This document shows positions 13,401 to 27,066 of a stretch of DNA of 64,000 nt, one piece after another. Position 1 is the stretch's first letter. Each line of letters starts with the position of its first letter. The position numbers and the translations under genes were made by a program. Under the pieces are notes generated by a model. The model did not search any database and was not told the DNA's origin. It saw only the letters and a program-made list of their open reading frames with translations. The DNA is taken from assembly GCF_009914755.1 (NCBI RefSeq), contig NC_060927.1. One strand, given 5' to 3'. This stretch comes from the human T2T-CHM13v2.0 reference genome, Homo sapiens.

Positions 13401-14890
13401 AGGATGCAAAAAGAAGAAAAAGCTATACACACACATACACACGAGCATGCATTTGTACACGCGCAGAGGAGCTCTAGAAGGAAATGAGCTAAACTCAATG
13501 AAAACTCTCTTTGAGGAAGGAGCAGCTGGGAGCAGGGGGCGATGGGGAGTTAAGAGAGGGTGTAGAAATGGAAACTTTACATTCTTACCTCATATAACTC
13601 TTTCCAAAGTAATTTATTTTTAGAAAGATATTATTTCAATAATAAAAGTATTCTATTTAAAAGCCAAAGAAAACTTTATAATCACATATTTACAATCATT
13701 TGGTTGCTTAATTTTATCCATTATGTGTGGACTGTATTAGTTTCAGCCTCAAGTAAAACATTATTCTTCCTATTTCCGGGTGCTTGGGGAAGTAGCACCT
13801 CATGGTCAGGATTCATGCCACTTATACCAGACCTTTCGCAGCATCTAGCACTTCCCCCTGAAAAGCAGTTCTAATGTATTCACATTATAAAGTACAGAAA
13901 ATTAAATTAAAACTACTTTATTTGAAAAATTTGCAGTGCTTCTAAGATGACTAGAGACACCTTTGCCTTAATGTGTTGGAGAATGATAGAAGAAGTCAAT
14001 GCCTAACAACTTCTCACTTACCACAATGACAGCGCAGCTGATGAGCTAATGCCATCTCCTCTTTAGGCATAGAGGAATATTGTTCATGTGTTGCCCAAGC
14101 TAACTATAGCAGACTCTCTAGAAGTGAGACCCAGGCATATGAATGTTTTCATACAAGCTCCCAATTCTAATGTGACCTCAGGTTTGAGAACCACTGGGGT
14201 AGACAATTATAATTCTGCCTAAATTCACACAAGGGCTATATGATTATTTTTCTAGCAGTAGAGTTAACTGCCTGTTAATTTTATATACATGAAGGCACAT
14301 GGAGGTAGGATGCCCTGAGCCAACAGAAGCTAGAAACTAAGTCTTCTGCCTAGGTTAGAAGTCCCCATTGTGTTTTTAAGGCCAACTATGATTCACTTCT
14401 CTTAAGCCTGAGATTGCCTGAGAGGGGATCCACGCAGCCGTTGAGGAATGAGGTTGGGCAATGCTGCTGGTGTTAGTCCTGCTGAGAGTCCTGCAATGGG
14501 GGCATCAACAGGGGGGACCATAACCACTGTAAGTGGCATAGTTTTTACATCCTGACTGTGTTTTCCCATTATTGAACTACCTCCCATCTTCCCTCACCCT
14601 CTTAATAAGCTCTCATTTAACTACGTCATTATGATAAGCAAGCCCTATTGTGTCCCCACCCAAATCAGGTCCTCTGCATTACTGCATATACATTGTGGAA
14701 ATAAAAGACACTTATTGGAGGAGGTAGCAATAAGGAGTAAGACATGTCATTTGTCCTCACAGGTGGATGTTTACATACATTTCTAAGCACCTGCATTTTC
14801 CAAGTCCAGGCTTTGGGCTCAGGACTAAAGCCAGCAGCATCTGCAGAAATTTCGTATTTTAGGCCTCTCCCCAGAATGAGTGAATCGTCA

Positions 14891-15564
14891 TGTTACAGTA
14901 GGTGGCTAGTCAGGCATGCTCAGGGCAGGAGAGGACTCCCCAACCCCCAACCAGGAATGTCAGGCAACCATCAGGTGATGGTCAGGCGGTTGTTAACTGT
15001 CTTTCCAAAATAATAATTGGTCAGGTGCAGCTAGTGCCAGGGAAAGGCAGTCCCCCGATAAGATAGAAAATGCCTGAAACTGGTAATCAGCAGCTTCCCA
15101 ATAAGACCTCAGGAGTTGGGCAAGTGAGCTCAAGCATGAGCATTAAGAAGCAAAATGGTACAGTTTTAATGGTATATGACCTTCTAGGGACATTCGACTG
15201 GTAAGGGGAGAACGCCTCAAGAGAGCATGCGTACAACTCCACTAAACACACCACTCATGTTCCCCTCCCAAACGCTAGCAGGCCACTGCCTATGTGGACA
15301 GCCCACCCCACGGGAAGAATCAGGGAAGTAATGCAAGACCCTGGAAGTCAGAGGTCAAAGCATGCATTTGATCTCTCAAGTCGCCTGTTTGGCCCTCTTC
15401 CTTTCATTCCTGCCCTAAAGCTTTTTAAATTATTAATAACTTTGATTCCTGCTCTAAAACTTGCCTCAGTCTCTCCTTTTGCCTTACGCCTCCTCAAATT
15501 CTTTCTTCTTAGGAGGGAAGAATTGAGGTTGCTGCAGACCCATATGGATTCGCTGGTGGTAACA
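14891..15564 (+). mobile_element. MER50 solo LTR (ERV1), inserted in a MER5-like hAT remnant
   Basis: TG...CA ends (tgttacagtaggtggctagtcaggcatg ... ggtggtaaca); 4-bp flanks gtca/ctca; MER5-like pieces on both sides (~14830-14890 and 15565-15605). Confidence 0.82.
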
Positions 15565-16194
15565 CTCAGTTGATTTGGATGCACATTAAAATGTGAGAAA
15601 CACTGAACCAGCACACAAAGATGACTGTGAGAGAGTTCCACCTGCACGGAGTGCATGGCTTCTGGCAAATACTTTTTTTTACAAAAAGTAAAAACATGGA
15701 TCTCAGAAAAATGTATAGTGAGTGTGTGTCAAAGATTTATTTAATTCACTAATGAGGGGACCAGCAAAATGGCAAAGCTGGAGCAAAGGAGAATAGGAGG
15801 AAACTGATAAATGTAGTCAATAGGAAAAAAGAAAATGCTGGAATACAGTGTCAAAGTTAGGTACAAAACAGGTTAATGTCCTTTCTTTAGGACCCTAAAC
15901 CTTTGGGTTTATTCTTTTTGATTGGAAGAAAATGGTTTGCCTCTTTCCTGGATAAAAATCATTTGTAATTTATCAATCTTCTACAAATATCTAACTTTCC
16001 AGAATCTAGCCTCTAGTTAACAAAAAATAGTAAGTCAAAGTTACTTTCCCTTTAGGTCTGTGTTAAATGATGCTTGAACATGATGAGAAAAACTATGATT
16101 ATCTCCAGTTTTGTGTAATTTTTCCTAACAACTCAAAGAGGAGACAGATCTAGAAATAAATAATTGCAACAAAATTGCACAGGTAATGATAAAA

Positions 16195-16335
16195 ATAGTT
16201 AACATTTTTGGAGTGCTAGGCACTGTTCTAAGTGTTTCCATGAATTGGCTCTTTTAATCACTGTCAAAACCCTATGAGGCAAGGGCTATTCTTATCCCCA
16301 TTTTACAGAGGAGGAAATTGAGGCACAATGAGGTA
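16195..16335 (-). mobile_element. MIR SINE
   Basis: Reverse MIR core atccccattttacagaggaggaaattgaggcac. Confidence 0.7.
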
Positions 16336-16783
16336 ATCGTTTACAGGCTGATGGTGGCCTTGGATGCACTCCCATTTCCCATTTCTAATTAAAATTTGAA
16401 TCGGGTGATGAGATGTAATATGACAATTTGGTCTGTGGGCTGCCTGGAAACCCTAAGATGGTTTGTGTAGAATGCCTGCTGCATTTTGCAATTGGGGCTG
16501 CTCCTCCTGGTGCTCAGACCTCATGTGTCAGCTCATTACACCATCATTCCCAATCTTAGGGCTGGAGCAGTTAAGTTAGTGTGTCTAGCAGAGACAAGGG
16601 GAGGGAGACTGGTGTATACGCTGTAATTCAGTGGGATGGATGTGTCAGTGCTCTTTGTGAAAAAACAGAATTTCATAAAAATCTGGCGTTTTCTGGAAGT
16701 CTGGGTACTTAATTAGAGGGCTATATGGCTTGATTTGGTGTTTGGAATCCACTTTAGCAAGATGAGTTGCTTTTTTCTAATTA

Positions 16784-17120
<337 letters not shown>

Positions 17121-19904
17121 TCATAGACAGTGGAAGGACTGCTCCAGCCTGCAAATCCCAGGGTAGGTGCTACTTTCCTGTCCCTGCTGTTCTACCTTAT
17201 AGCTGGCACACGATGAAGTTGGAGATAGGACTTGATGAGCCTAATTGTTCTCCTCAGCCTCCTTTTGTTTTGTCACAATGAGCTGCACGTGCAGAATTGT
17301 TTTTATATGTAATTGCTCCCATGAGGGGGTAATTGCACCCAAAAGTGGCTGGCTGCACCAATGGCAGGAGCAATTAGTAATAAAAATGCAAATAATTGCA
17401 GTCATCCAAATTGCAGTCTTAAAATAGGGACACCCAGTAGAAGCTTGGTGAAGGATTTGGCCTGCTCTTTGTCCCATTGAAAGTGTATTTGTAATTCGAA
17501 ATCAATATTATAATCTCTGGGCCTTCCTTGAGTTTCCATGCTTTTATGAGCCTCTTTAAAACGGTATATATTATGGGACCAGTAAAAAATCAGACTAATT
17601 CCAAATGTCAGCTCATTTAAAAACTAGAAAATGGAGTGACTTAGAGTCAAAATTATATTTTGGAAAAAAAAAACCCCACCGACAATTGAATAAATGAATT
17701 TTTATCATAACTGTGAATTTGATCTCCACACATCAAACCTGGGGGAAACAGGTCACAGAAGTAGTAATAAAGTGATTTTTTATTACTCAGCATCTAGGCA
17801 CAATTTCAGCAACTCTAGCTACACATCTTTCCTGCTACCCTTGCCCCTCAACCAAGTTATTCCCAAAGAATGCAGGGAGATGGCAGCCTTGGTGAAGCCT
17901 GAGCATAACCTGTCTCCACAGCTTTGTACATGCCTCCTGTGATCTCCCACCTTCCCCACTCAGATAGCACTGGGTTGTGCTGGGTGGCTTTGGTGCTCTG
18001 CTGCTCTGGATGGCAATGTTGAGCTGACAGGTTGCCCCCTATAAAATGGGGATAAAATACTATTTTCTATTTGTGTTGTGCTCTGTAACATGGGCCATAG
18101 GGGATGGCATCTTTCTGCTTTTACAGCCTCACAGAGGTGTTAGTGAAACACCTCTTCTTTGTTTTTGTATCTCAACCTCTCTCCCCCACTCTAGGTAGAG
18201 AACTGCGGGAAGAAGGTACAGGGGAAAGCTAAGGGTGGGGGCAGCAAGAAGGGGGATCCACAGGCAGTGTGAGCCCTGCACTCCTCATCATACCAAAATC
18301 ACCCCTTCACTCACATTTGTGCACACACAGGAATCCTTTCTTCTTTTAGGAGTTTTCTCCCATAAATTTCTTGGACACTCATGCAAATGAACATCCCAAT
18401 GGGCTCCTTTTATTGGTCCACAGTGTTCCAGAGGTACCTGGACACGCCTGAATTTTACTGGTAAGACAGCCCCAGCTATCCTTGAGACCCCAGCTATAAC
18501 GGTACTTGGTTGACAAAGAAACATTGCCCTAAGGAACACAGGAAGGGAAAGCAACATTTTAGGGCAAAGTATTTTACAGCACAGAAATAGCAAGCTCCTA
18601 TTGATTACTGGTCCATAGGGACCAATGTCACCAACAGAATGAAGAAAATAAACTCTGGTGATGTGTGTATTATTTAGCATTCTTATATTGGCAAAGTCTT
18701 TTCCTCAGGGAAGAAGTTTGTTACATGGATCAATGCCAACTCAACCAGAAGAATGTGGAAGAAATGTAGGAATACATAAGGCACTTTTCTCCTCTAGAAA
18801 TGCCACGACTTTCTTTTGCTTGCAGGGTAGTGGTAGACCTTGCAATGCTTTGTGGCCGTCCCCAGGGGATAGGGGTAAGCTCATTTGTTGACAAGAAACA
18901 ATTTAGAGAAAACACTGGGCCACCTGTGGGCAGAATCTATTTAAAAACCAAAGGCTGGCCCAGCAGTGGAGATCTCATGGCTGCTGCTCTACGCGTGAGC
19001 TGTTAGTTGATTTAATAATAGCCTCCTCCACCTAGCGCTGGGACGAAATGTCACCTTCCATTTATTCCCACTGTTTGTAGCATCTGGGATGCCACTCCAT
19101 CATCCAGCCAATATAATTCTTCCTTCCTTTATTGCTGTAGACAGCTCTCATTCAAAAGAGTTATGTAGCAGATAAAAGAAAAGGCAGTAAGTGGTCAAAA
19201 ATGACTAAGAGAGAGGGGTTATAATGTATTTTTGCTGAGACTGAGGAAGTATAAAGAAAAATAGAATTGTGCAAGAATAAGAGGGCTATTCAGATATGGT
19301 GATATCAGATGAAATATGGTTGGGTCAACTATTCGGTTTGGGTAACCAGAGAAGGGAAGATCATTTTGAGCCCCTAGTAAATCTCCTTAAGAAGAAGCGA
19401 CTGTCCATGTGTCCCAGGCCTAAAAGAAACTATGACTGTTTATGGAAGGAATTCTCTGTGTACAGGCTGCAGGCAGATTCTGTTCTTCTGCCTCGATGAA
19501 CCGGTGTGTGGTCAGTGAACTCTGTGTGACAACAGCTTGCATATGGAAAACTGCCCATCTGCTGGACTTTCACGTGTTGCAGGGAAGCTGCAGCCTCCCT
19601 GTTTGCCTATGCTAAAATTAATTTAAGCTAGGGATAAATGCTTTAATTGCTCACTAAAGCTTCAAGTTCAAATATCATTGGGAGACACAGTGCATTAGTG
19701 AAAAAAATCACATTAAAATGTAAATGATTGACATGTAAGCCTAAATCAGAAAGAGGCTGTGAGAGGGGAGTGACAAAGCAGAAATATAATCTGTTGAGAG
19801 CTCTGGGTAGATTCATGCAGAGATGTTGGAGTATGAGAGCATAGTTTCTAAATGGCATGAAGAAGGTGGAGCTCTGGGTCAGCAGAAGGAGGGAGAGCGG
19901 TGTT

Positions 19905-20460
19905 TCATAGTGTCATGGATGTCCACTGATTTCACCTGATTGGTATTCTTTCCCCTTCGTCAGGTAACAGCATGCTCTTTTTTCTTTTTGGGCACTATGC
20001 TTCTCACGCTGCGTGTGGTCCTGGAAAAACTAAGTTCCCCCATGACCTTCTTCCATGACCTTCACAGAGGGGATCTCTGTGGTCCAGTCTGACCAACCGG
20101 CAGTCTCCATCATCTGGAACACTGGCCTTCCCTATGGCATGCTCTATGGACACTGGGAGAGAGGAGATGTCTATTTCACTCTGGGATTTCTAGTTGTAGG
20201 GATTGGGTAAGCCTGGAGTTGTTGGAAGCAATTTTCCCAGTAGTATGAGAGAAACTGCCTGTAGAACCAAGCCATCACACAGAGAAAAGCAGAGCCAAGG
20301 GGTGGGGAGACAAACACACTCAAGAGTTCTGATGGCGTCACTAAAGGCCCCAGATCGAGTCATGCCTGAAGGGAGAACACCCTAGTTACACGAGCCTCAA
20401 TAGAGCCCCTTTCGGCTTGAGAAAGTTTCAGTTGGGTTTTTGTCATGTGAAACCCAATGC
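19905..20460 (+). mobile_element. Old MLT1-family LTR
   Basis: MLT1J/K-like ending gtttcagttgggttttgtcatgtgaaaccca and internal gcctggagttgttggaagca; boundaries approximate. Confidence 0.5.
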
Positions 20461-20843
20461 AAGGGAATTAGAGAATAAAAAAAGTCAAAGGATTTTAAAT
20501 AAGAGTAGATACAAACACTGTGTTTACACTACATTTTTCAAAGGCCCGACACAGAAAAATGCAAACTGTTTGTGTTTCTTTGAATGTGATTTTGCTCTGA
20601 GATGGAAACGTGGGTTTTGGCTTTACCTGAGCAAGCTATTTATTCATTTCGTTTCCTCCTTCATAATATAAGAATAGTAGCAGTGCCTGCCTCCAGTAGG
20701 TTAATACATGCAGAGCTCTTAGAACAGTGCCCAGCACATAGTAAATGCTCTATACATATTCTCCACTCTAGTAGTCTCCTTGCATTTCCTTTCTTTCCTC
20801 TGTTAATTTTCCCCCATCCGAAGTCAGCATCAAAAAAAGGCAG

Positions 20844-20965
20844 AGCCAGGTGTATATGCTGTTGTCCCAGCTACTTGAGAGGCTGAGGGGGGAGGATTGC
20901 TTGAGTCCACGAGTGAACCCAGGAGCTCAAGGTCAGTGTGGGCAACATAGTGGGACCCTGTGTCA
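20844..20965 (+). mobile_element. FLAM-like Alu monomer
   Basis: gtcccagctacttgagaggctgagg..ggaggattgcttgag..gggcaacatagtgggaccctgtgtc followed by an A-rich tail. Confidence 0.75.
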
Positions 20966-20982
20966 AGAAAAAGAAGAAAGAG

Positions 20983-21014
<32 letters not shown>

Positions 21015-21066
21015 GAAAGGAAGGAAGGAAGGAAGGAAGGAAGGAAGGAAGGAAGGAAGGGAGGGA

Positions 21067-21134
<68 letters not shown>

Positions 21135-21267
21135 GAAAGAAAGAAAGGAGGGAGGGAGGGAGGGGAGAGAGAGAGAAAGAAAGAAGAAAGAAAAGAAAGA
21201 AAGAAAAGAAGAAAGAAAGGAAGGAGGCAGGGAGGGAGGAAGGGAGGGAGGGGAGAGAGAGAGAGAG

Positions 21268-21338
<71 letters not shown>

Positions 21339-21404
21339 GAAAGAAAAGAAAAGAAAAGAAAGAAGAAAATAAGAAAGAAGAAAATAAAAAAGAAAAGAGG
21401 AAAA
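20965..21404 (+). repeat. ~440-bp polypurine compound microsatellite (GAAA)n/(GGAA)n/(GGGA)n/(GA)n
   Basis: Almost pure A/G tract extending from the FLAM tail. Confidence 0.97.
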
Positions 21405-21784
21405 CTAGTCTGGTAAATACCAGGCAGAACTTGCTTTGAAGGTTGGGGGCTGGGAAATAACTGAGGTGGTGAAGGCAGAGCCTCTTCAGTGAATGGGGAT
21501 AAAATAGAATCTGTCAAGAACACACATTTGTTAACAAATTTGAGTTCGTCAAATATAGACTGAACACAAATTAATCAGTTTGTTCACATTAGCCTTTAAT
21601 ATCTTCTTAACTAGTGAAAATTTAATGCTGGTACATATTTTCTGGTATACGATTTTAAAGACAATTTGTAAAGCTGTAGGGAATTCATTCAACCAAATCA
21701 CCTGTGGAACAGTGAGCAGAATGATCTTAAAATAATATAGAATATTAGATAATACAAAAAATTATAGGGGTGTAGCTTGGTTAT

Positions 21785-22724
21785 TGATATGGTTTGGCTG
21801 TGTCCCCACCCAAATCTCATCTTGAATTGTAGCTTCCACAATTCCCATGTGTTGTGGGAGGGACCCAGTAGTGGGAGACAATTGAATCATGGGGCTGGTT
21901 TTCCCCATACTGTTCTCATGGTAGTGAATAAGTCTCATGAGATCTGATGGTTTTATAAGGGGAAACTCTTTTTGCTTGGCTCTCATTCTCTCGTCTGTCT
22001 CAATATAAGATGTGCCTTTCATCTTCCATCATGATTATGAGGCCTCCCCAGCTGAGGCAGGAGAACAAGGTATGGAGGCAGGGAACCTAAGGCCATTTCA
22101 CACTGACTTCCGAGAACTAAATTGAAAGGAAAACCCTAACTTCCCAAGCCTAAGTAACAAAAGGACCAGAGACTACTCCCTTTACAAACCCCCACATTTT
22201 CTGCAAGGCAAATTGGAAATTGAATGTCTACAACCAGTCAGACGATTGCAGGCAGAGTCTTCGTTTGTGTAAAAGTGCAACTTTGTAACTTCACCTTAAC
22301 CTCTGATTGGTTGTTTTTTGCAGCCTATCAGATGTTTGCACAGGAGTGTAACCTTTGTAACTTCGCTGCAGCCTCTGATTGCAGGCCGCCACTTCATTTA
22401 CATGAGGTGACCACCAAGTGGCCAATGGGAAACCTGCAGAGGGTATTTGGACCTGAGAAGATTCTGTATCCAGGCACTTGAGCCCCTATGCTCCGGCCAC
22501 TCCCACACTGGGGAGTGTACTTTCATTTTCAGTAAATCCCTTCATTCCTTCCTTGTTTTGCTGGTGCGTTTTGTCCAATTCTTTGTTCAAGATGCCAAGA
22601 ACCTGGACACCCTCCACCGGTGACACAGCCATGTGGAACTGTAAGCCCATTAAACCTCTTTTTCTTTATAAATTACCCAGTCTTGGGTATGTCTTTATCA
22701 GCAGCATGAAAATGAACGATTACA
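21785..22724 (+). mobile_element. THE1 (MaLR) solo LTR split by MER51
   Basis: Starts tgatatggtttggctgtgtccccacccaaatctcatcttgaattgtagc and ends cagcagcatgaaaatgaacgattaca; perfect 5-bp TSD gttat at 21780-21784 and 22725-22729. Confidence 0.92.
22053..22625 (+). mobile_element. MER51 solo LTR (ERV1)
   Basis: tgaggcaggagaa..ggaggcagggaacctaaggcc ... gaacctggacaccctccaccggtgaca; perfect 4-bp TSD cagc at 22049-22052 and 22626-22629. Confidence 0.87.
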
Positions 22725-25024
22725 GTTATACGCTAACTCAGAGTTGAAGATACTTGGTTACAGAATATTTGACATTAAAAAAAAAAACAGGGACCTTTTT
22801 GTGCATGACTCCTTCCAATGCCCTTGGGGGATATAAATTGATGTGTTCTCATGTTTATATATTTTTATAAGATTTGCAAAAGTAAATGTTTTTGTATTCT
22901 TTTTTTTTAAAAGAGACTGTAATATTGTAAGAACTCCAGGCCCCATAAAACCTGGAATCACTTTCTGTCAAAGGACTTAACACTATTATGATAGATTTCC
23001 TAGTGTATTGATAAGAAAAAATCAACCAAAATTTGGAAATAAGGCCAAGAGAGAAACCACGACCTTTTAATATCAGTCAAGGAGTTGTTCAAGAAACCCA
23101 TCAATGAGTATTTAATTATCTAGGGAAATGTATCTTTGTTTGATTCCTTTTTAATTAATGTTTACAGGTCTCAGACTTTGTGAAATTACATGCTAACTTG
23201 CAGACATTTTTGTCTGGTGGAGATGCAAATGATTTCTGTCTGAGAGAAAAGGTAACCTAAAAGATGATAGTTTTATTGCCCTGTAAGACATTAACAAGTT
23301 TTGTATCTAATCTAGTAATCTCATTCTCTCTTTATTTTTTGTTGCCAAGGAACACCCAGTTCCTCCAATATTCTTTGCACCAGAGTTACCATCTTACAAA
23401 TTCCCTCCTTAATGAATTAAATAACATATTTGACATGTGTTCATTCTAAATTTGTACAGGAGTTATGTCTTTAACTTTCTGAAAATTGTACTTTGACAGT
23501 ATGTTAAACTGTCTAAAGAAAATCATTCTATTTATAATTTATTATGACATACGCAAGTATATGTCACCCATCTTTATATGTTTACTTATAGTCAGGATTC
23601 GAACTTGGCTTGAGCTGCTCTCACCACAAAACCTCATAATCTCTTTCACTTTATGGCCTGGTGGGCTGGCACAGAGCCCCAACTTGAAACCATGCATGTA
23701 ACCTTTCTGAGCCTCAATTTTCTCATCTGTGAAATGTGGGTTGCTGTTAACATTACGAGATGAGGTCTTTAAGGCTCTGACATAACACCTCACATATTTT
23801 CCCTCAACAATTGTTGACGTCTTTCTTGTCTCAGCCAGTATGCTTTCAGTTACTCAAGGCAGCTCAGGTGTCTCCCAGAACCCAAGGTAGAAATTGAGAA
23901 GATTAGACCCACAGCTGTGCTTTCTTGGCAAGTAAACAGTTGCAGCAAGAAACACCTAGACCCGGGAGCCCATTTCTCTTTCTGATTATGGCTTACATGA
24001 CTCTTTCAGCCCCAAGACTCACCCAGAAGCAGAAGATGGCTTCCCTCCTTGGGGCTTCCCTCCTGAACCCATTTTGTTCTCAGACAGCTGAAACTTCACT
24101 GTCTTATTAAACATTTTTTTTAAACCATTGATTGAGTCCTTTTTAATCATGTATAGTCTGTCTTTCCATCTTCTCATTTTCAATCTTGAAGGCAAAAGAT
24201 GTTTCCATTTTAGTTCTCTAGTTCCTTCAGATAACTCCCCCCTCCCCCCAAAAACTAGCGGTGTGGTCAACATTATTTACATGGTCTGTATTCTTGGCAA
24301 GACTCTATGGGATGAAGGATGTATGGGCAAACAGGACATGAAGCTGAGTAGCTGGAATGGCTAGAGTGGGATACTATTTTAGCTATATTTGTGGATTCCA
24401 GCAGAGGGACTCAAGGACCCTGGATTCTGGACCAGTGTTTGCTCCATTCTGCCTTCATAATCCACTCGTGGACCTCCCCTTCATGTGTTTGCACCTTTCA
24501 TTGTCCAGACTCCATCACTATTTCTGGTTCCCTAAAGGCCACATTTTAATTTCTTCCATCTTTAGAGATACATACACACATCCCTTTCTCCTTCATTTAT
24601 TTACTCTTTTGAAACTGATGCCCAAGAAAGTCATTACAAAGTTTAGGGGAGGCAACTGGATTAGACTTGTCATAAAAAGAGCACTCTGGGCTCTCAGGAA
24701 TTCTCTTTCAGTCAAGATGGAGGAACCAGGACCAGATTTACCCTCATGCCTATACAGCTAGAAAACCAAACAAAATATATGAAACAATGGCCTTCACATA
24801 TTAAATAAGATGTGGTGCAGGATTGTGATATATGATAGAAGGGAAACAATTGAGGTGAGCTCTGTAATGTCCCCAGGTTTCTGCCTGCAGGCTCTTTCTA
24901 AGCTGCAGCACAAGGAAGAGGAACCCGACTTGGCCCAACCATCATGCCAAAGTGAGGAGACAGAGATCAGAGTTTGGGGAGCCAAGGCAGCATAGTACCA
25001 GAGACAGAGAGAGAAAGGGAGAGA

Positions 25025-25056
<32 letters not shown>

Positions 25057-25787
25057 ACCAACAAGAGTGCCCTAGAGAGATGTAGAGGAATATCCTCAAG
25101 TTTTTGGCTGAGTACAGATCTGTATATGCATGAGAAGCAGCAAAAAAAGCCACTAAAATGGTGGGGCAGAAGAATTCCTAGACTTGAAAATAGCTTGTAT
25201 TTCACCATCCAGAGTTAAAAGACCTTGTAATACACAGGAAATTGAATAGATTCCTCAGAAGGGTATTATTTTAGTAGTAGGGCTAAATTAGCCCTAAAGA
25301 CCCCTCTGAACTCACTCTAACAGAGTTGGAAAGCAAGCCTCAAAAGGGTCAAAATCATTCCATGTAACTTATCTGTGTATCAAAAAATCCAACACTATTC
25401 AAAGGAATATAACAAAATCCAGCAATTAATAATGTAAATTTTGCAATATCTGGCATGCAGTTAAGACAAAGAATATTACTAGGAGTAAAGGACTTAGTAA
25501 TAAAGGTGTCAATTCGCCGAGAAGACATAAGAATCACAAATGTGTATGTACTTAACACAGAGCTTCAAAACATATAACGCAAAAATGGTAAGACTGAAAT
25601 CAGATATACACAGATCCACAATAACATTTGGAATCATCAACATTCCTCTCTCAGTAGTTGACAGAACAATATAGAGACACAAAAGCCTATATATGAATAT
25701 TCATAGCAGCACTATTGCTAATAGACCAAAAGTGGAATCAAGCCAAATGTCCATCAGCCGATGAATGGGTAAACAAAATGCAGTATT

Positions 25788-26859
25788 GTAAATAAAGCCA
25801 CCATAAGCATTGACTCAGTGAATACTGAACCATTGCACCTAGGCAAAATATACAGTTATGCTCCTGTGAGCCTCTGGTCACAATATTTTTGTCAACCAAT
25901 CAATAAATAATTTTTCTTTGCCTTTGTTTCTGTTTTAAAGACACCTTATTTAATATATATTGTTGATTCATTAACATCTAACTCACAGCCAACAGCACTA
26001 TAATTCATGCCTCAATAAAGCTTATTTAAAACATGTATTTTTGCTGTAAGGCATATCACGGACTTCTTGTGCTGACCAACACAAGATAGCACTTCAGCAC
26101 TACACTTGGTGGGGAGCATTTAAATAGCAAATTCACCAACAAAAAGCAAAAAAAAAAAAAAAAAAAAAGCAAAAAAAAAATAAGTGCTATGGCTTGGATA
26201 TTTGACTCCTTCAAACTTCATGTTGAAATAGGATCCCCAATATTGCAGATGGGGCCTCATGGGAGGTATTTGGATTATGGGGATGGATCCCTCATGAATG
26301 GCTTGGTACCATCTTTGTGGTAATGAGTGAGTTCTTGCTCTATTGGTTCCTGCAAGAGCTGGTTGTTAAAAAGAACCTAGCACCTTTTCCCTCTCTTGCT
26401 TCCTCTCTCACCATGTGATCTCTGCACATGCTGGCTCCCTTCGGCCTTCTGCCATGAGTGGAAGCAGCCTGAAGCCCTCACTGGAAGCAGATGCTGGTGC
26501 AATGCTTCCTGTACAGCCTGAGAAACATGATCCAAATAAATCTCTTTTCTTTATAAGTTACCCAGCCTCAGGTATTCCTTTATAGCAACACTAGGTGGAC
26601 CAGGACAACATGGCAATAAACAGACCACAAAAAGGACACTTGTTTATAGTATGACAGCTAAAACAAGACAGCTGGGTATCACTTTGTTTGACCTCAACTG
26701 GGAATATGCACATTGGGTAAATCCAATTTTTTGTTGTTCTGTTCATATCCACAAATGACTGTGAAAACACTATGAATGTTTATTTTTGGGATTACAAATA
26801 AATTTTAGCAAGTAGGCGAATTCACAAATATGGAATCTTTGAATGACGATGATTGACTA
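25788..26859 (+). mobile_element. MER82 (TcMar-Tigger) DNA transposon, interrupted by MSTB
   Basis: MER82-like gcctctggtcacaatatttt, aagacaccttatttaatatatattgttgattcattaac and end ggcgaattcacaaatatggaatc..gatgattgact. Confidence 0.72.
26185..26607 (+). mobile_element. MSTB-like MaLR solo LTR
   Basis: tgctatggcttggatatttg...gcagatgctggtgcaatgcttcctgtacagcctg...cccagcctcaggtattcctttatagcaacac. Confidence 0.85.
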
Positions 26860-27066
26860 TATATACATATGAAGTATTATTAGGTTGTAAAAAGGAATGA
26901 AGTTCTGACAATTGCCACAAAATAGATGAACCTTGAAAATATTATGCTAAGCCAAAGAAGCCAGACACAAAAGGACACACATAGCATGATTTCATTAGTA
27001 TGAAATGTCCAGAATTGGCAAAGCCATAGAAATAGAAAGTAGATTAGATATTTCTATTTCTAATCT

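Noticed and set aside
18288-18680. 130-aa ORF on the minus strand
   Set aside because: No recognisable homology and no convincing minus-strand splice context; length is compatible with chance.
20850-21523. Long K/E/R-rich and F/L/S-rich ORFs (144-188 aa)
   Set aside because: Translations of the polypurine microsatellite, which lacks stop codons; not genes.
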